The position numbers and the translations under genes were made by a program. Below the pieces are notes generated by a model. The model saw only the letters and a list, made by a program, of their open reading frames with translations, searched no databases and had not been told where the DNA came from. DNA of 64,000 nucleotides, from the NCBI GenBank assembly GCA_963807995.1, contig CAWEDX010000007.1, positions 132,679 to 196,678 of the forward strand, given 5' to 3'. This DNA comes from an uncultured Gammaproteobacteria bacterium (GTDB lineage: Bacteria > Pseudomonadota > Gammaproteobacteria > Steroidobacterales > GCA-2729495). The first letter of the stretch is position 1. Each line of letters opens with the position of its first letter. Positions 9,938 to 19,373 of this stretch are shown here, in pieces.

Positions 9938-10906
9938 ATGAAAATACTCAAGTTTCTCGGCATCGGCCTGGTCGGCCTGATCGCCTTCAATGCCATCGGC
10001 GTGTTGATCGCAGCCTGGATGTATCGGGACATACCCGCCGCCGAGCTGGAAGCACGCTATTTGGCGGATTCTTCCCGTTTCCTGAACGTTGACGGCGTGC
10101 GCATGCATTACCGTGACGAAGGCCAGGGCCCGGTGCTGGTGCTGATTCACGCCAACTTCTCCAACCTGATTGACTGGGACCTGGTGGTCGCCGAACTGCT
10201 GGAAGACCACCGTGTGATCCGCTTCGACATGCCCAGCCACGGCCTCACCGGCCCGGACCCCGGCGGTGATTACACGCTGCCGCGGACCATCGCGATTACC
10301 GAGCAGTTCGTTGATGCGCTTGGCCTGGAAAGCTTCAGCATTGGCGGGACTTCGCTGGGCGGTACCGTCTCAATCCACTACGCCGCGCGCCATCCGGAAC
10401 GGATTGAGCAGCTGGTGTTGCTAAGCCCGGGCGCGCTGGAAGGCCGCGAACAGGCCCGACGCGGCCTGCCCGATGCGGCCCGGGTGCTGGAAGTAATCCT
10501 GCCGCGCCGGCTTCCCGAGTTCATGTTGCGCAGCGCCTATGGCGATCCGGACGCAGTGCCGGAGGAAATGATCGATCGCTGGCATGACATGTGGCTGCGC
10601 GAAGGGCAGCGGGAAGCCCAGCTTGACCGGCTGTCGCAGTATGAGTCCGGCGACCTGGAAGGCGTCGCCGCCCAGGTTCGCGCGCCGACCCTCTTGCTGT
10701 GGGGCGAAGCTAATCCGCAGGCCAAGGTGGACCAGGCCTACGAACTTGAAGAAATGCTCAGCGGTGTCGAAGCCCTGCGCATGATCATCTACCCAGGCAT
10801 TGGCCATATGGCCTACCAGGAGGCCGGCACGGAAATCGGTCGGGATATTCGCGCCTGGCTGGCCGGTGAGCTGCCGGCCGAAGCCGAGCAGGCGGCCGAA
10901 CTCTAG
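9938..10906 (+). CDS. alpha/beta hydrolase, membrane-anchored
   Basis: Start trimmed to ATG 9938 (MKILKFLGIGLVGLIAF, TM anchor). HANFSN oxyanion region, nucleophile elbow GGTSLGG, C-terminal GIGHMAY. Confidence 0.85.
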   Translation: MKILKFLGIGLVGLIAFNAIGVLIAAWMYRDIPAAELEARYLADSSRFLNVDGVRMHYRDEGQGPVLVLIHANFSNLIDWDLVVAELLEDHRVIRFDMPSHGLTGPDPGGDYTLPRTIAITEQFVDALGLESFSIGGTSLGGTVSIHYAARHPERIEQLVLLSPGALEGREQARRGLPDAARVLEVILPRRLPEFMLRSAYGDPDAVPEEMIDRWHDMWLREGQREAQLDRLSQYESGDLEGVAAQVRAPTLLLWGEANPQAKVDQAYELEEMLSGVEALRMIIYPGIGHMAYQEAGTEIGRDIRAWLAGELPAEAEQAAEL

Positions 10907-10976
10907 ACCGGCAGCCAGCGCCGCAGCGTGACCCAGGTCAGCGGCAGCACAGGGCCTGCATGCTAGGCTTTAGCGC

Positions 10977-11504
10977 ATGCTTCAGCCCATCGCCACGCGT
11001 ATCTTGCTAGCGCTCACGCTGGTCGCCGGATCAGCCGGGGAGGTCAGCGCAGAGGAACCTTTGGCGGATCAGGCGAAGCTTGAGTATCGCCAGACAGAGC
11101 AGCGCAATGGCTGGTCAGCTAGCACTCGCTCCAGGCCGCGCCAGCTACCCATAGAACCAGGCCAGACGACCCTGTTTCTGCGCGTCTTCGATGGCGCGCG
11201 TAGTTTCGGCCCGGTGTATGACGGTCGCGGCCAGGCCCTGGGCCTGAATGTCACCAGCGCCCTGGAGACCTGCCAGGATGGCAACACCATCGTGCGCGCA
11301 CTGAATATTGGCGGCTGGAGCTATCAGCTCGATGCTGAATGCCGAGATTTTTCGCGCGGCAGTCGAATTACTGTGAGCCAGGAAAGCGCCGGCGTGGTTG
11401 TTCGACAAACGAACGATGAACGCCGCGAAGCCGGTGAACCCATGGTCATTCGTTGCGAAGCCGCCAGCTGGACCTGCCGCACCGAGGTGCCCGGCAGCGA
11501 CTGA
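10977..11504 (+). CDS. hypothetical secreted protein
   Basis: Signal peptide ILLALTLVAGSAGEVSA and four Cys in the mature part. No family recognised. Confidence 0.5.
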   Translation: MLQPIATRILLALTLVAGSAGEVSAEEPLADQAKLEYRQTEQRNGWSASTRSRPRQLPIEPGQTTLFLRVFDGARSFGPVYDGRGQALGLNVTSALETCQDGNTIVRALNIGGWSYQLDAECRDFSRGSRITVSQESAGVVVRQTNDERREAGEPMVIRCEAASWTCRTEVPGSD

Positions 11505-11570
11505 TATTTGCCGTACATGGCCGCACTGCTATTCTTGCCAGCCTTAACCCAACTGGTACGGAGTAGCGAT

Positions 11571-12027
11571 ATGCGCAGCCCACTGAATTCTCTCCTCGGC
11601 CTGATCACCATCGGCCTGATTTTTCAGTAGCCCCCTGGCCGCCGAAGATGAAAAATCGCCCTACGGCAAGTATCGGAATGCCGTGATGGAAACCATGAAG
11701 GGTCATATTACTGCGCTGTCCATGGTTGCCTTCGGCCAGCTCGAAGACACCGGATTCATGCAGTCGCATGCCGACAGTCTGGCCAGTGCGGCCAAGGAAC
11801 TGGACGTGATTTTCCCGACAGGTTCCGGTGCCGGCTCTAAAGCCTTGCCGGCAGTTTGGGAACAGGCCGATAAATTCGCCGCCGCGGTGGATGCATCACA
11901 GTCTGCCACGGCTGAGTTACAGGCCGCCGTTGGCAGCGGCAATCGCGGCGCTGTTGCGGGCGCCTTCAAGAAAGTCGGCGACGCCTGCAAAGGCTGCCAC
12001 GAGGGCTTCCGCGCCGAAAGCGACTAG
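11571..12027 (+). pseudogene. cytochrome c-prime (class II cytochrome c), reading frame broken inside the signal peptide
   Basis: C-terminal heme motif CKGCHEGFR at the extreme C-terminus of a four-helix-type sequence. ATG 11571 encodes MRSPLNSLLGLITIGLIFQ, then a stop. Removing one T from the T5 run at 11620-11624 joins it to ...SSPLAAEDEKSPYGKYRNAVMETMKGH. Confidence 0.65.
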
Positions 12028-12031
12028 CCAA

Positions 12032-12898
12032 ATGCGCCACAGGCTAATCCTGGTAATGGCCTTGCTGGCCGCGACCTGCGCTAATGCACAGGAGAACGCG
12101 GTCCAGCGTGGTCGCTACCTGGTGTTCGCCGGCGGCTGCATCACCTGTCATACGGCTGAGGGCGATGAGGCTCGGGCCATGGCCGGCGGGCGCGCACTGG
12201 AAAGCCCCTTTGGCACCTTCTTCAGTCCCAACATTACGCCGGACGCAGAAACCGGTATCGGTGCCTGGACTGATGAAGAATTCATCTCGGCGTTCTGGGA
12301 AGGTGTTGGCCCGGGCAGTCGCTACTACTTCCCGGCCTTTCCCTATACCTCGTATACCGGCCTGACGCGCGATGACCTGCTGGCCATCAAGGCCTACCTG
12401 GCAACCCTGGAACCCGTGCGCCAGGAAAACCGGCCGCACGAATTGCCCTGGTATCTCGACACAAGACTGGCCGCGGCGGCCTGGCAAGTGATGAAATTCG
12501 ACGCCGGGCGGTTCGAACCGGACCCTGAACAGAATCCGGAGTGGAATCGCGGTGCCTACCTGGTGCGCCACCTTGGCCACTGCGGCGAGTGCCACACGCC
12601 ACGTGATGAGCTGGGTGGCAGCCTGGCTGATCAGGAGATGGCCGGTGTGCCGAAAAGCGGATCGTTCAAAGGCGCGCCGAATATTTCACCACATCGCGAA
12701 GCCGGCATTGGCCAGTGGTCGCAGCAGGAACTGATGCTGTTGCTGGAAATCGGCATGTTGCCCGACGGAGATTTCGTCGGCAGCGGCATGGCAGCGGTGA
12801 TTGACGACAATACCAGTCAGCTGACCCTGGAGGATCGTCGCGCCATTGCCACGTATCTGCAGTCGCTGCCGCCCCAGGACGGCAACACGGCAGAATAA
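12032..12898 (+). CDS. dihaem cytochrome c
   Basis: Start trimmed to ATG 12032 (MRHRLILVMALLAATCANA signal peptide). Two CxxCH motifs (GGCITCH and GHCGECH). Resembles cytochrome c subunits of membrane dehydrogenases. Confidence 0.85.
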   Translation: MRHRLILVMALLAATCANAQENAVQRGRYLVFAGGCITCHTAEGDEARAMAGGRALESPFGTFFSPNITPDAETGIGAWTDEEFISAFWEGVGPGSRYYFPAFPYTSYTGLTRDDLLAIKAYLATLEPVRQENRPHELPWYLDTRLAAAAWQVMKFDAGRFEPDPEQNPEWNRGAYLVRHLGHCGECHTPRDELGGSLADQEMAGVPKSGSFKGAPNISPHREAGIGQWSQQELMLLLEIGMLPDGDFVGSGMAAVIDDNTSQLTLEDRRAIATYLQSLPPQDGNTAE

Positions 12899-12911
12899 GC
12901 TTTGCCGACGG

Positions 12912-13181
12912 CTAGATCCCCAGCCGGCTCAAGGCACTCATAATTTCGCGCAGCACACCGGCCAGTTGTGGGTGTTCGGCCTCAAAGCCCAAGGCCGCTT
13001 CCTCAGCACGCTCTAGCGCCGATTCATGTTCCTGTGCATCACTGGGGGGCTCACCGACCAGCTGCTCTATGTCGCCGGTTAGCTGATTCAGCAGACGGCG
13101 AGATTCCGCATCCACCTGCTTGGTGTCAGCCAGCTCCCGATGCAGTTTGTCTACCAGCTTACGCAGTTGTTCCCGGGGCAT
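12912..13181 (-). CDS. DUF4404-like small protein
   Basis: 89 aa. LRKLVDKLHRELADTKQVDAESRRLL ... FEAEHPQLAGVLREIMSALSRLGI matches my recollection of the DUF4404 pattern. Confidence 0.6.
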   Translation of the reverse strand: MPREQLRKLVDKLHRELADTKQVDAESRRLLNQLTGDIEQLVGEPPSDAQEHESALERAEEAALGFEAEHPQLAGVLREIMSALSRLGI

Positions 13182-13326
13182 GCTCGCTCCTTCATCATCT
13201 AAACCCAGACTCTATGTCAGTGGCGGCGTGGTAAATAGGGGTTTGTCCGCATCCGTATCAAGTATCCGCTGACGTTAAGCTTATTCAAGGCCTGTGCAAA
13301 AAGACGAGCGCCATGAGGAGCGGACA

Positions 13327-13764
13327 ATGAATATCAGCGTTGCCGAGATAATGACCAGCGATCCAGCCACCCTGGGCATCGACGATAGCCTGAAGCAGGC
13401 CATGGATTTAATGTCCGGCGGCGGCTTTCGTCATCTGCCCATCGTGGACAAAGCCGGCGCCCTTGTCGGCCTGGTGACGCAATCCGATGTCCTGGCTGCA
13501 TCGGCCTCTAATCTCGGCGCCAGCGATACGGAGCGTTCACCGGAACATGTTCGCATAGGCCAGTTCATGACGCGCGATGTGGCCACCGTCGATGAACGTG
13601 CCGATCTGCGCGTGGCGGCAATTTACCTGCAGCGCCATAAGTACGGCTGCCTGCCGGTGGTCACCGACGGCCGCCTGAGCGGCATCGTCACGGATTCCGA
13701 TTTTGTCGCCGTCGCGATTAATCTGCTCGAACAAACGGAATTGCTGGAGCCCGACGACTACTAA
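13327..13764 (+). CDS. CBS domain pair protein
   Basis: Start trimmed to ATG 13327 (GAGGAG upstream). Two CBS repeats (VAEIMTSDPATL...HLPIVD and IGQFMTRDVATV...CLPVV). Confidence 0.85.
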   Translation: MNISVAEIMTSDPATLGIDDSLKQAMDLMSGGGFRHLPIVDKAGALVGLVTQSDVLAASASNLGASDTERSPEHVRIGQFMTRDVATVDERADLRVAAIYLQRHKYGCLPVVTDGRLSGIVTDSDFVAVAINLLEQTELLEPDDY

Positions 13765-13910
13765 AACGGCGCCAACAAGAGATTTAACATAACTCCGCTA
13801 CATGGCAGCCGTGGCCGGCATCACAGTCGGCAGGCACACAGCTTGCTAGGCTTCTTGCTTTACCAGACCTTCCCTGGCGAGGGTGCTGTTTGAACGCCCA
13901 TCTCATAACA

Positions 13911-15050
13911 ATGCCTTGCGAACGCTTGGAAATCGGCATGTATGTCGCCGAGCTGGATCGCTCATGGCTGCACACGCCGTTTTCCGGCCCCGGCCTGATG
14001 CTCGCGCGCGTCGACCAGATCGACACGCTGCGCCAGCATTGCCGTTACGTCTATGTGGATACGATACGTAGCGAAGCGGGCCTGTTTATGCCGCCAAGCG
14101 AACCCAAGGCCACTGACGGCAGCGGTTTTGCCGTTGCGCGCGCGGCTCTCGACGCCAGTTTTCGACGACTGGTGGAAATCGTCTACGACGCTCGTCACTC
14201 AGACCGCATCGAGATCTCAGCACTGGAGCAATGCGCCAGCAAACTGGCAGATACCAGCACGCGCTTTCCAGATGCCAGCCTGTGGCTGGTGCGCATGGAG
14301 TGCAGCCACGGACTGCTGTATCGACGCGCGCTGGGCACGGCCATCAGCGGCGTCATTTTTGGTCGACAGCTGGGCCTGGACCCGCATGAACTGACCCAGC
14401 TGGCGCTCGGCGGTTTGTTGCTGGACATCGGCAAGACCGCTGTGCCGGTGCCTATTCTGGCCAAACCCAAGCGACTAAACGCTATGGAAAAAGCTTTTGC
14501 GCATCGCCACGTGCAACAGGGTTTTGCCCTGATGCACCTGGATCAGCAAGCGCACGGCCGCGTCGTCGAAATGGTGCTCGGGCACCATGAACGGATCAGC
14601 GGCGACGGCTATCCGCGACGCCAGCGCGGTACCGATATTCCCTTGTTTGCGCGCATCGCAGCGATTGTGGATACCTTCGACGCACTGACCGTGGATCGCC
14701 ACTATGCCAGCGCCATATCCGGACACGCGGCCCTGCGCTACCTCAACAGCCAGCGTGGCCAGGGCTATGACGCCGCCCTGGTCGGCGAATTTATTCATGC
14801 GGTCGGCGTGTATCCTACCGGCACCCGGGTAGAACTGGCCGACGGCCGCATCGGGCTGGTGTGCGGGCAAAACCCCGCCTGGCCGCTACGACCGCAGGTA
14901 CTGGTGACAGACGACACGCAGGGCCACGCACTGCCAGAACCCCAGGTATTGACCAACGGCGTGGGCGGACAAATAACCCGTGCCTTGCCACCTCAGACCT
15001 CCGCTACCGCGCCGGCACGACTGGCAGATGCCATTCAACAGGACAGCTGA
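13911..15050 (+). CDS. HD-GYP domain c-di-GMP phosphodiesterase with DUF3391-type N-terminus
   Basis: N-terminus LEIGMYVAELDRSWLHTPF. HD region LLLDIGK and HHERISGDGYP. Start is ATG 13911 or TTG 13890. Confidence 0.85.
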   Translation: MPCERLEIGMYVAELDRSWLHTPFSGPGLMLARVDQIDTLRQHCRYVYVDTIRSEAGLFMPPSEPKATDGSGFAVARAALDASFRRLVEIVYDARHSDRIEISALEQCASKLADTSTRFPDASLWLVRMECSHGLLYRRALGTAISGVIFGRQLGLDPHELTQLALGGLLLDIGKTAVPVPILAKPKRLNAMEKAFAHRHVQQGFALMHLDQQAHGRVVEMVLGHHERISGDGYPRRQRGTDIPLFARIAAIVDTFDALTVDRHYASAISGHAALRYLNSQRGQGYDAALVGEFIHAVGVYPTGTRVELADGRIGLVCGQNPAWPLRPQVLVTDDTQGHALPEPQVLTNGVGGQITRALPPQTSATAPARLADAIQQDS

Positions 15051-15067
15051 GGCACGCAGCGACCGAC

Positions 15068-15076
15068 TGCTAGAAT
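15068..15076 (+). promoter_or_regulatory. putative extended -10 element (TGcTAGAAT)
   Basis: TGCTAGAAT lies 28 nt upstream of the GST start. The same TAGAAT hexamer recurs upstream of other genes (40918-40923 minus strand, 46536-46541, 58042-58047). No clear -35. Confidence 0.3.
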
Positions 15077-15104
15077 CACTGGCCGTTGCAACGAGAGACG
15101 CCCC

Positions 15105-15788
15105 GTGAGCGACCTCAAGCTATATAGCTACGACGCCTGCCCTTTTGCCCAGCGCACGCGCATGGTCCTGGCCGAAAAACACATCGATTTTGATTTGCTG
15201 GAAGTCGACGTAAATAACAAGCCGGCCAACTGGCAGGAGATATCGCCCTACGGCAAGGTGCCGGTGCTGCGCCATGGGGATAACTCGGTCTATGAATCGA
15301 CCATCGTCAACGAATACCTCGACGAGGTTTTTCCCGAGCCGCCGTTGATGCCCGCCGGTGCAGCGGCGCGCGCCCAGGCACGTATCTGGATGGACTATTG
15401 CGAAACTCGTTTTCGCCCCTTGACTACCGCACTGGTCTGGGAGCGCGAGGATGCCGATAAGCTGGCCAGCAATATCGCGAAACTGACCGAGGTCTTACAG
15501 TTCATCGAACATGAAGGACTGCGCAAACTCAGCGACGGCCCTTACTGGTTCGGACCGCAGGTCAGCCTGGTGGACTTTCAGTATCTGCCGTTTTTCGAGC
15601 GCTTCGTGCTCTATGAACATCTGACAGGATTCGACTGGCCGGCAGATTGCACCCGGCTGCGGGCCTGGTTCAAGACCATGTGCGAACGCGACAGTGTCAG
15701 CCCGACGCTGCGCTCGCTGGAATTTCATCTCGAGAAACATCACCGCCTGGAAGCTGCCATCGCAGCCCGCCGCAGTGCCAGCAGCTGA
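15105..15788 (+). CDS. glutathione S-transferase family protein
   Basis: GTG start. Thioredoxin-like N-domain (LKLYSYDACPFAQRTRMVLAEK...VPVL...ESTIVNEYLDE) plus helical C-domain. Confidence 0.85.
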   Translation: MSDLKLYSYDACPFAQRTRMVLAEKHIDFDLLEVDVNNKPANWQEISPYGKVPVLRHGDNSVYESTIVNEYLDEVFPEPPLMPAGAAARAQARIWMDYCETRFRPLTTALVWEREDADKLASNIAKLTEVLQFIEHEGLRKLSDGPYWFGPQVSLVDFQYLPFFERFVLYEHLTGFDWPADCTRLRAWFKTMCERDSVSPTLRSLEFHLEKHHRLEAAIAARRSASS

Positions 15789-15789
15789 G

Positions 15790-16650
15790 GTGAGCAGCGG
15801 CTCTGCCCTGCCCTTGCCGGCGGCTGATCAACTGGCCGAACTGTCAGGCTTTGTGCGTAAATACCCGCGACTGGTGGTGATCGGCGGTGCCGGCTGCAGC
15901 ACCGCCTCAGGCATCCCGGACTACCGCGATGAGGCCGGCGACTGGAAGCACCCGCAACCGATTCAATTTCAGGATTTCATTGCCAGTGCAGCCGTTCGAC
16001 AACGCTACTGGGCGCGCAGCAGCATAGGCTGGCAACGGATGGCCGGCGCCCGGCCAAACGCGGCGCATATTGCCCTGGCCCGGCTGGAACACGCCGGCCG
16101 TGTCCGTTTGCTGGTGACGCAAAATGTCGATGGCCTGCACCAGGCTGCGGGCTCTCGTCAGGTGGTGGATCTGCATGGTCGCCTCGACCAGGTGCGCTGC
16201 CTGGACTGCGATGATCGGATCTCACGGCCGCTGTTTCAGGCAGCGCTGGAAGCAGCCAACCCGGACTGGTCACCGCGCTCGCGCCCGGCCCCGGATGGCG
16301 ATGCCCGGCTGCTGGCCGCCGATACCAAAAGCTTCAGCGTGCCGCCCTGCCGGCGCTGCGGCGGACGGATGAAACCAGACGTGGTGTTTTTTGGTGAAAG
16401 CGTGCCGCGCGAGCGTGTCCAGCGCAGCATGGATGCGCTGGACAAGGCCGATGCACTGCTGGTGGTGGGCTCATCGCTGATGGTGTTTTCAGGCTTTCGG
16501 TTTGCGCGCCGCGCCGCCGAGCTCGGCCTGCCTATAGCCGCCGTCAATCGGGGCCGAACGCGGGCCGACGAGCTGTTGAGCCTTAAAATCAGCCTGGATT
16601 GCGGCGCGGCACTGGGCCATCTGGCAGCCGGCGTAACGCCCGAACCGTGA
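15790..16650 (+). CDS. cobB: NAD-dependent protein deacylase (Sir2 family)
   Basis: [22 protein letters not shown], Zn module CLDC...CRRCGG, VVGSSL. GTG start 1 nt after the GST stop. The track ORF start at 15694 overlaps the GST gene and is unlikely. Confidence 0.8.
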   Translation: MSSGSALPLPAADQLAELSGFVRKYPRLVVIGGAGCSTASGIPDYRDEAGDWKHPQPIQFQDFIASAAVRQRYWARSSIGWQRMAGARPNAAHIALARLEHAGRVRLLVTQNVDGLHQAAGSRQVVDLHGRLDQVRCLDCDDRISRPLFQAALEAANPDWSPRSRPAPDGDARLLAADTKSFSVPPCRRCGGRMKPDVVFFGESVPRERVQRSMDALDKADALLVVGSSLMVFSGFRFARRAAELGLPIAAVNRGRTRADELLSLKISLDCGAALGHLAAGVTPEP

Positions 16651-16738
16651 CCTGACGCAAAGCCGCAAGCGCCCCCCAGGCTTAGGGTTATGCAGGTGTG
16701 TCGACGGCTCGTGGAGCCGTGCCAAGTAAGGTTGCGGA

Positions 16739-17764
16739 ATGCAGACCCTGGTAATCAGTTTAGTGATGGTAGCGGTGGCCTTCCCGGCAGGCTGGTTGCT
16801 TTGCCGCGCCTGGATGGCGGCCCGGCAACCGCAGTCTGGCGAGTCAATTTCCATTGATGAGCACCACAAACTGCTGCGCGTGCAGCGCAGCCGCTACCGG
16901 CGACGTGTGTTGCGGATACACGAAGTGGTTCGCAAACACGAGGAAACTCGCGACCAGATTCGCGACAAGCTTGTGCGCCTGCAACACAGCATGCAGACCG
17001 ATAGCGAAGCCACCGAGCAGAGCGAATTAGAACTCGAGCGTGCCCGGCAACATGCCGGCACCCTGAAAACAGCGCTGGATGCGAGCAAGGAACAACTGCA
17101 GCAAAGCCGCGCAGTTATCGCCAGCCTGGAAACGAAACTGCTGTCCAGCAACCAGGGTGAAGCTGCCTCAAACAATGAGATGGACATGCTGCGTATCGAG
17201 CGAGATGAGCTCAGCGCGCGGGTCCGGCGACTGAAGTTACCGGAGAAAACGGCTGAAGACGCGCCCGGCGATGAGGACAGCAGCGATGCGCTGCTTGCCC
17301 AGCTGGGTGAGGCGCGCGAAATCCTCGGCCAACGCGATCACCGCATTCGCGAACTGGAACGTCAGCTGGAGCAACGCGATCTGCAGCTGGAGGAACTGGA
17401 AACCACGGTAAATTCCTGGAAGCGCAGAGTCGCGCCTCTGGCTCGCCAGGTGCAGATGCAGCGTGAACTTATTCGGCGCGCCCGCTCCGCTCAGACCGAT
17501 AACGACGCGTCGCTGGCTGAAATCGATGAATACGATTCCGGCGCTCCGGACGAGCTGCAGAAAATTCGTGGCATCGGCCCGGCTCTGGAGCGTCGGCTGA
17601 TCGCCCATGGGGTGCGGCGCTTTGAGCAGCTGGCCCTGCTTTCGGAAGGCGAATTGCGCGAACTGGCCGACAAACTTGCCATCGCGCCGGCCCTGCCGCT
17701 GCGCGACGCCTGGGCCGAGCAGGCACAGCGCCTGCACGAGGAACAGATCGTCACTGCCGCCTGA
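16739..17764 (+). CDS. membrane-anchored coiled-coil protein with C-terminal helix-hairpin-helix (H3TH/COG3743-like) module
   Basis: N-terminal TM ([18 protein letters not shown]), about 200 aa of heptad-like Glu/Leu/Arg/Gln sequence, C-terminus [28 protein letters not shown]. Confidence 0.6.
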   Translation: MQTLVISLVMVAVAFPAGWLLCRAWMAARQPQSGESISIDEHHKLLRVQRSRYRRRVLRIHEVVRKHEETRDQIRDKLVRLQHSMQTDSEATEQSELELERARQHAGTLKTALDASKEQLQQSRAVIASLETKLLSSNQGEAASNNEMDMLRIERDELSARVRRLKLPEKTAEDAPGDEDSSDALLAQLGEAREILGQRDHRIRELERQLEQRDLQLEELETTVNSWKRRVAPLARQVQMQRELIRRARSAQTDNDASLAEIDEYDSGAPDELQKIRGIGPALERRLIAHGVRRFEQLALLSEGELRELADKLAIAPALPLRDAWAEQAQRLHEEQIVTAA

Positions 17765-17824
17765 TCGCGACCGGCCGGCGGCCAGGGCCAGCTGCAGAAA
17801 ATTCAGCGATTGGAACGGCGCGGA

Positions 17825-18622
17825 TCAGTCGGGCTTGGCAACGATCAGCGGCGTCACGCCGCCACCGACAAAGCGCCCTTCATTCGCAGGCTCAGGCTGC
17901 GGCCCGGCCTTGGGCACGTGCAGATCACGCGGCGTCAGAGGCGTTTCCAGCCTCAGCGCTAACCAGTCGATCAAGGCCTGCCATTGCTGCAGATCCTTGC
18001 GTACCCGCGAGGGTTGCAGCTCATGCACACTGAGACCCTGTTCAGCCGCCTGCACATAGTTCTGCGAATCGCGCAGCTGACCAATGGTAGTAATCGACAG
18101 CCGTTGAAGAAACAGATCGAGCTTGCGATAGCTCAGCGTGTTCTCGCGCACGCGATTGGCAATCACGCCCAGCCGACCCATGCGCCGACTGACCTTTGCC
18201 ACCAGCAACAAGTCACCGATCAATCGCGCGGCAGCATGAATATCAATATCTGAAGGCAGCACCGGCACCAGGATGGCATGCGCACCGCTCGTGAATTGCG
18301 CCAGCTCCTGGTTTGGCATGGCCGCCGGTGTATCCACCACCAGGTAGCGGATGCTGCTGGGCAGGCGTAAACGGAAACTGCGCGTCATGCTGACATCGTC
18401 CTCAAAGGCGGCCAGACCAAAAACTTCGGGACGATGTTCGGGGCGCTTTTTAAGCCAGCGCATACTGGAACCCTGCGGATCACAGTCCATCAGCGCCACG
18501 GGATAGCCGCGGGATGCCAGCATCCCGGTGAGATTAGTCGCCAGCGTGGTTTTGCCGGAGCCACCCTTGGGATTCAGAACTACGATTTTTTTCAGATCCG
18601 GGTGGCTGGGAATGTTGAGCAT
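17825..18622 (-). CDS. ParA/MinD-family ATPase (orphan, no ParB nearby)
   Basis: Deviant Walker A KIVVLNPKGGSGKTTLATNL, then DCDPQGSS. Pro-rich C-terminal tail. Confidence 0.85.
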   Translation of the reverse strand: MLNIPSHPDLKKIVVLNPKGGSGKTTLATNLTGMLASRGYPVALMDCDPQGSSMRWLKKRPEHRPEVFGLAAFEDDVSMTRSFRLRLPSSIRYLVVDTPAAMPNQELAQFTSGAHAILVPVLPSDIDIHAAARLIGDLLLVAKVSRRMGRLGVIANRVRENTLSYRKLDLFLQRLSITTIGQLRDSQNYVQAAEQGLSVHELQPSRVRKDLQQWQALIDWLALRLETPLTPRDLHVPKAGPQPEPANEGRFVGGGVTPLIVAKPD

Positions 18623-18809
18623 CAGAGGTCCGGGCGCTTGCTTATTATCTTTTTAACATATGTTGCTAAATAATTGAAAACTGTGACGGAAATCTCAGAT
18701 TAAGTTCAGTGATCATAGGGCTGATTGGCTGGCCGCTGGCGGTGCTCGCAGCGGTCAGAGATAGATCAAACAGATGCTCAGGGCCGCCAGACCGCGTTAG
18801 CCTTGGACC

Positions 18810-19358
18810 ATGAACGACGAGCCCCGAATAGCGCCGCTGCGCGAGGACGAATGGACCGACGAACAGCGTGCCTTGTTGCAGTACGCCCATCGGCAGGGCG
18901 GTTTCTATAACGTCATCGGCACCCTGGCACGGCACTGGGAAGCCTCGGGTCGGCTCGGCCAGATGGGCGCCCACGTGCTCGGCCCCAGCTCGACACTGCC
19001 GCCGCGCGACCGCGAGCTGCTGATTCTGCGCACCGCCTGGCTGTGCCAGGCGGAATACGAATGGGCTCAGCATGTGCACATTGGCCGCAAAGCCGGGCTC
19101 AGCGATAGCGAGATTCAGCGCTGCCGCGAAGGGCCTGAAGATCCCGGCTGGAACGAACTGGATGCCAGCCTGCTGCGCGCGGCTGATGAACTGCATGCGG
19201 ATCAGCGCATCGCCGATCCCACCTGGCAAGCCTTATCCCGGCACTACAACACACTGCAATTAATGGACGTGGTATTCGCCGTGGGTCAATACACCATGGT
19301 GGCGATGGCGCTAAAGAGTTTCGGTACGCCACTGGACGAAGGCCTGGAAGGCTTCTGA
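18810..19358 (+). CDS. carboxymuconolactone decarboxylase (AhpD-like) family protein
   Basis: RELLILRTAWLCQAEYEWAQHVHIGRKAGLSDSEI matches the CMD-family helix pattern. Confidence 0.75.
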   Translation: MNDEPRIAPLREDEWTDEQRALLQYAHRQGGFYNVIGTLARHWEASGRLGQMGAHVLGPSSTLPPRDRELLILRTAWLCQAEYEWAQHVHIGRKAGLSDSEIQRCREGPEDPGWNELDASLLRAADELHADQRIADPTWQALSRHYNTLQLMDVVFAVGQYTMVAMALKSFGTPLDEGLEGF

Positions 19359-19373
19359 GCGCAGCGGCTGCGC

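Noticed and set aside
9208-10092. 294-aa plus-strand ORF spanning the adaptor gene and the divergent intergenic region
   Set aside because: It lies antisense to the RND adaptor. Its 3' part overlaps the real alpha/beta hydrolase start in another frame.
11828-12031. N-terminal 68-codon extension of the dihaem cytochrome ORF (track start 11828)
   Set aside because: The extension overlaps the cytochrome c-prime coding region in another frame. A proper signal peptide begins at ATG 12032.
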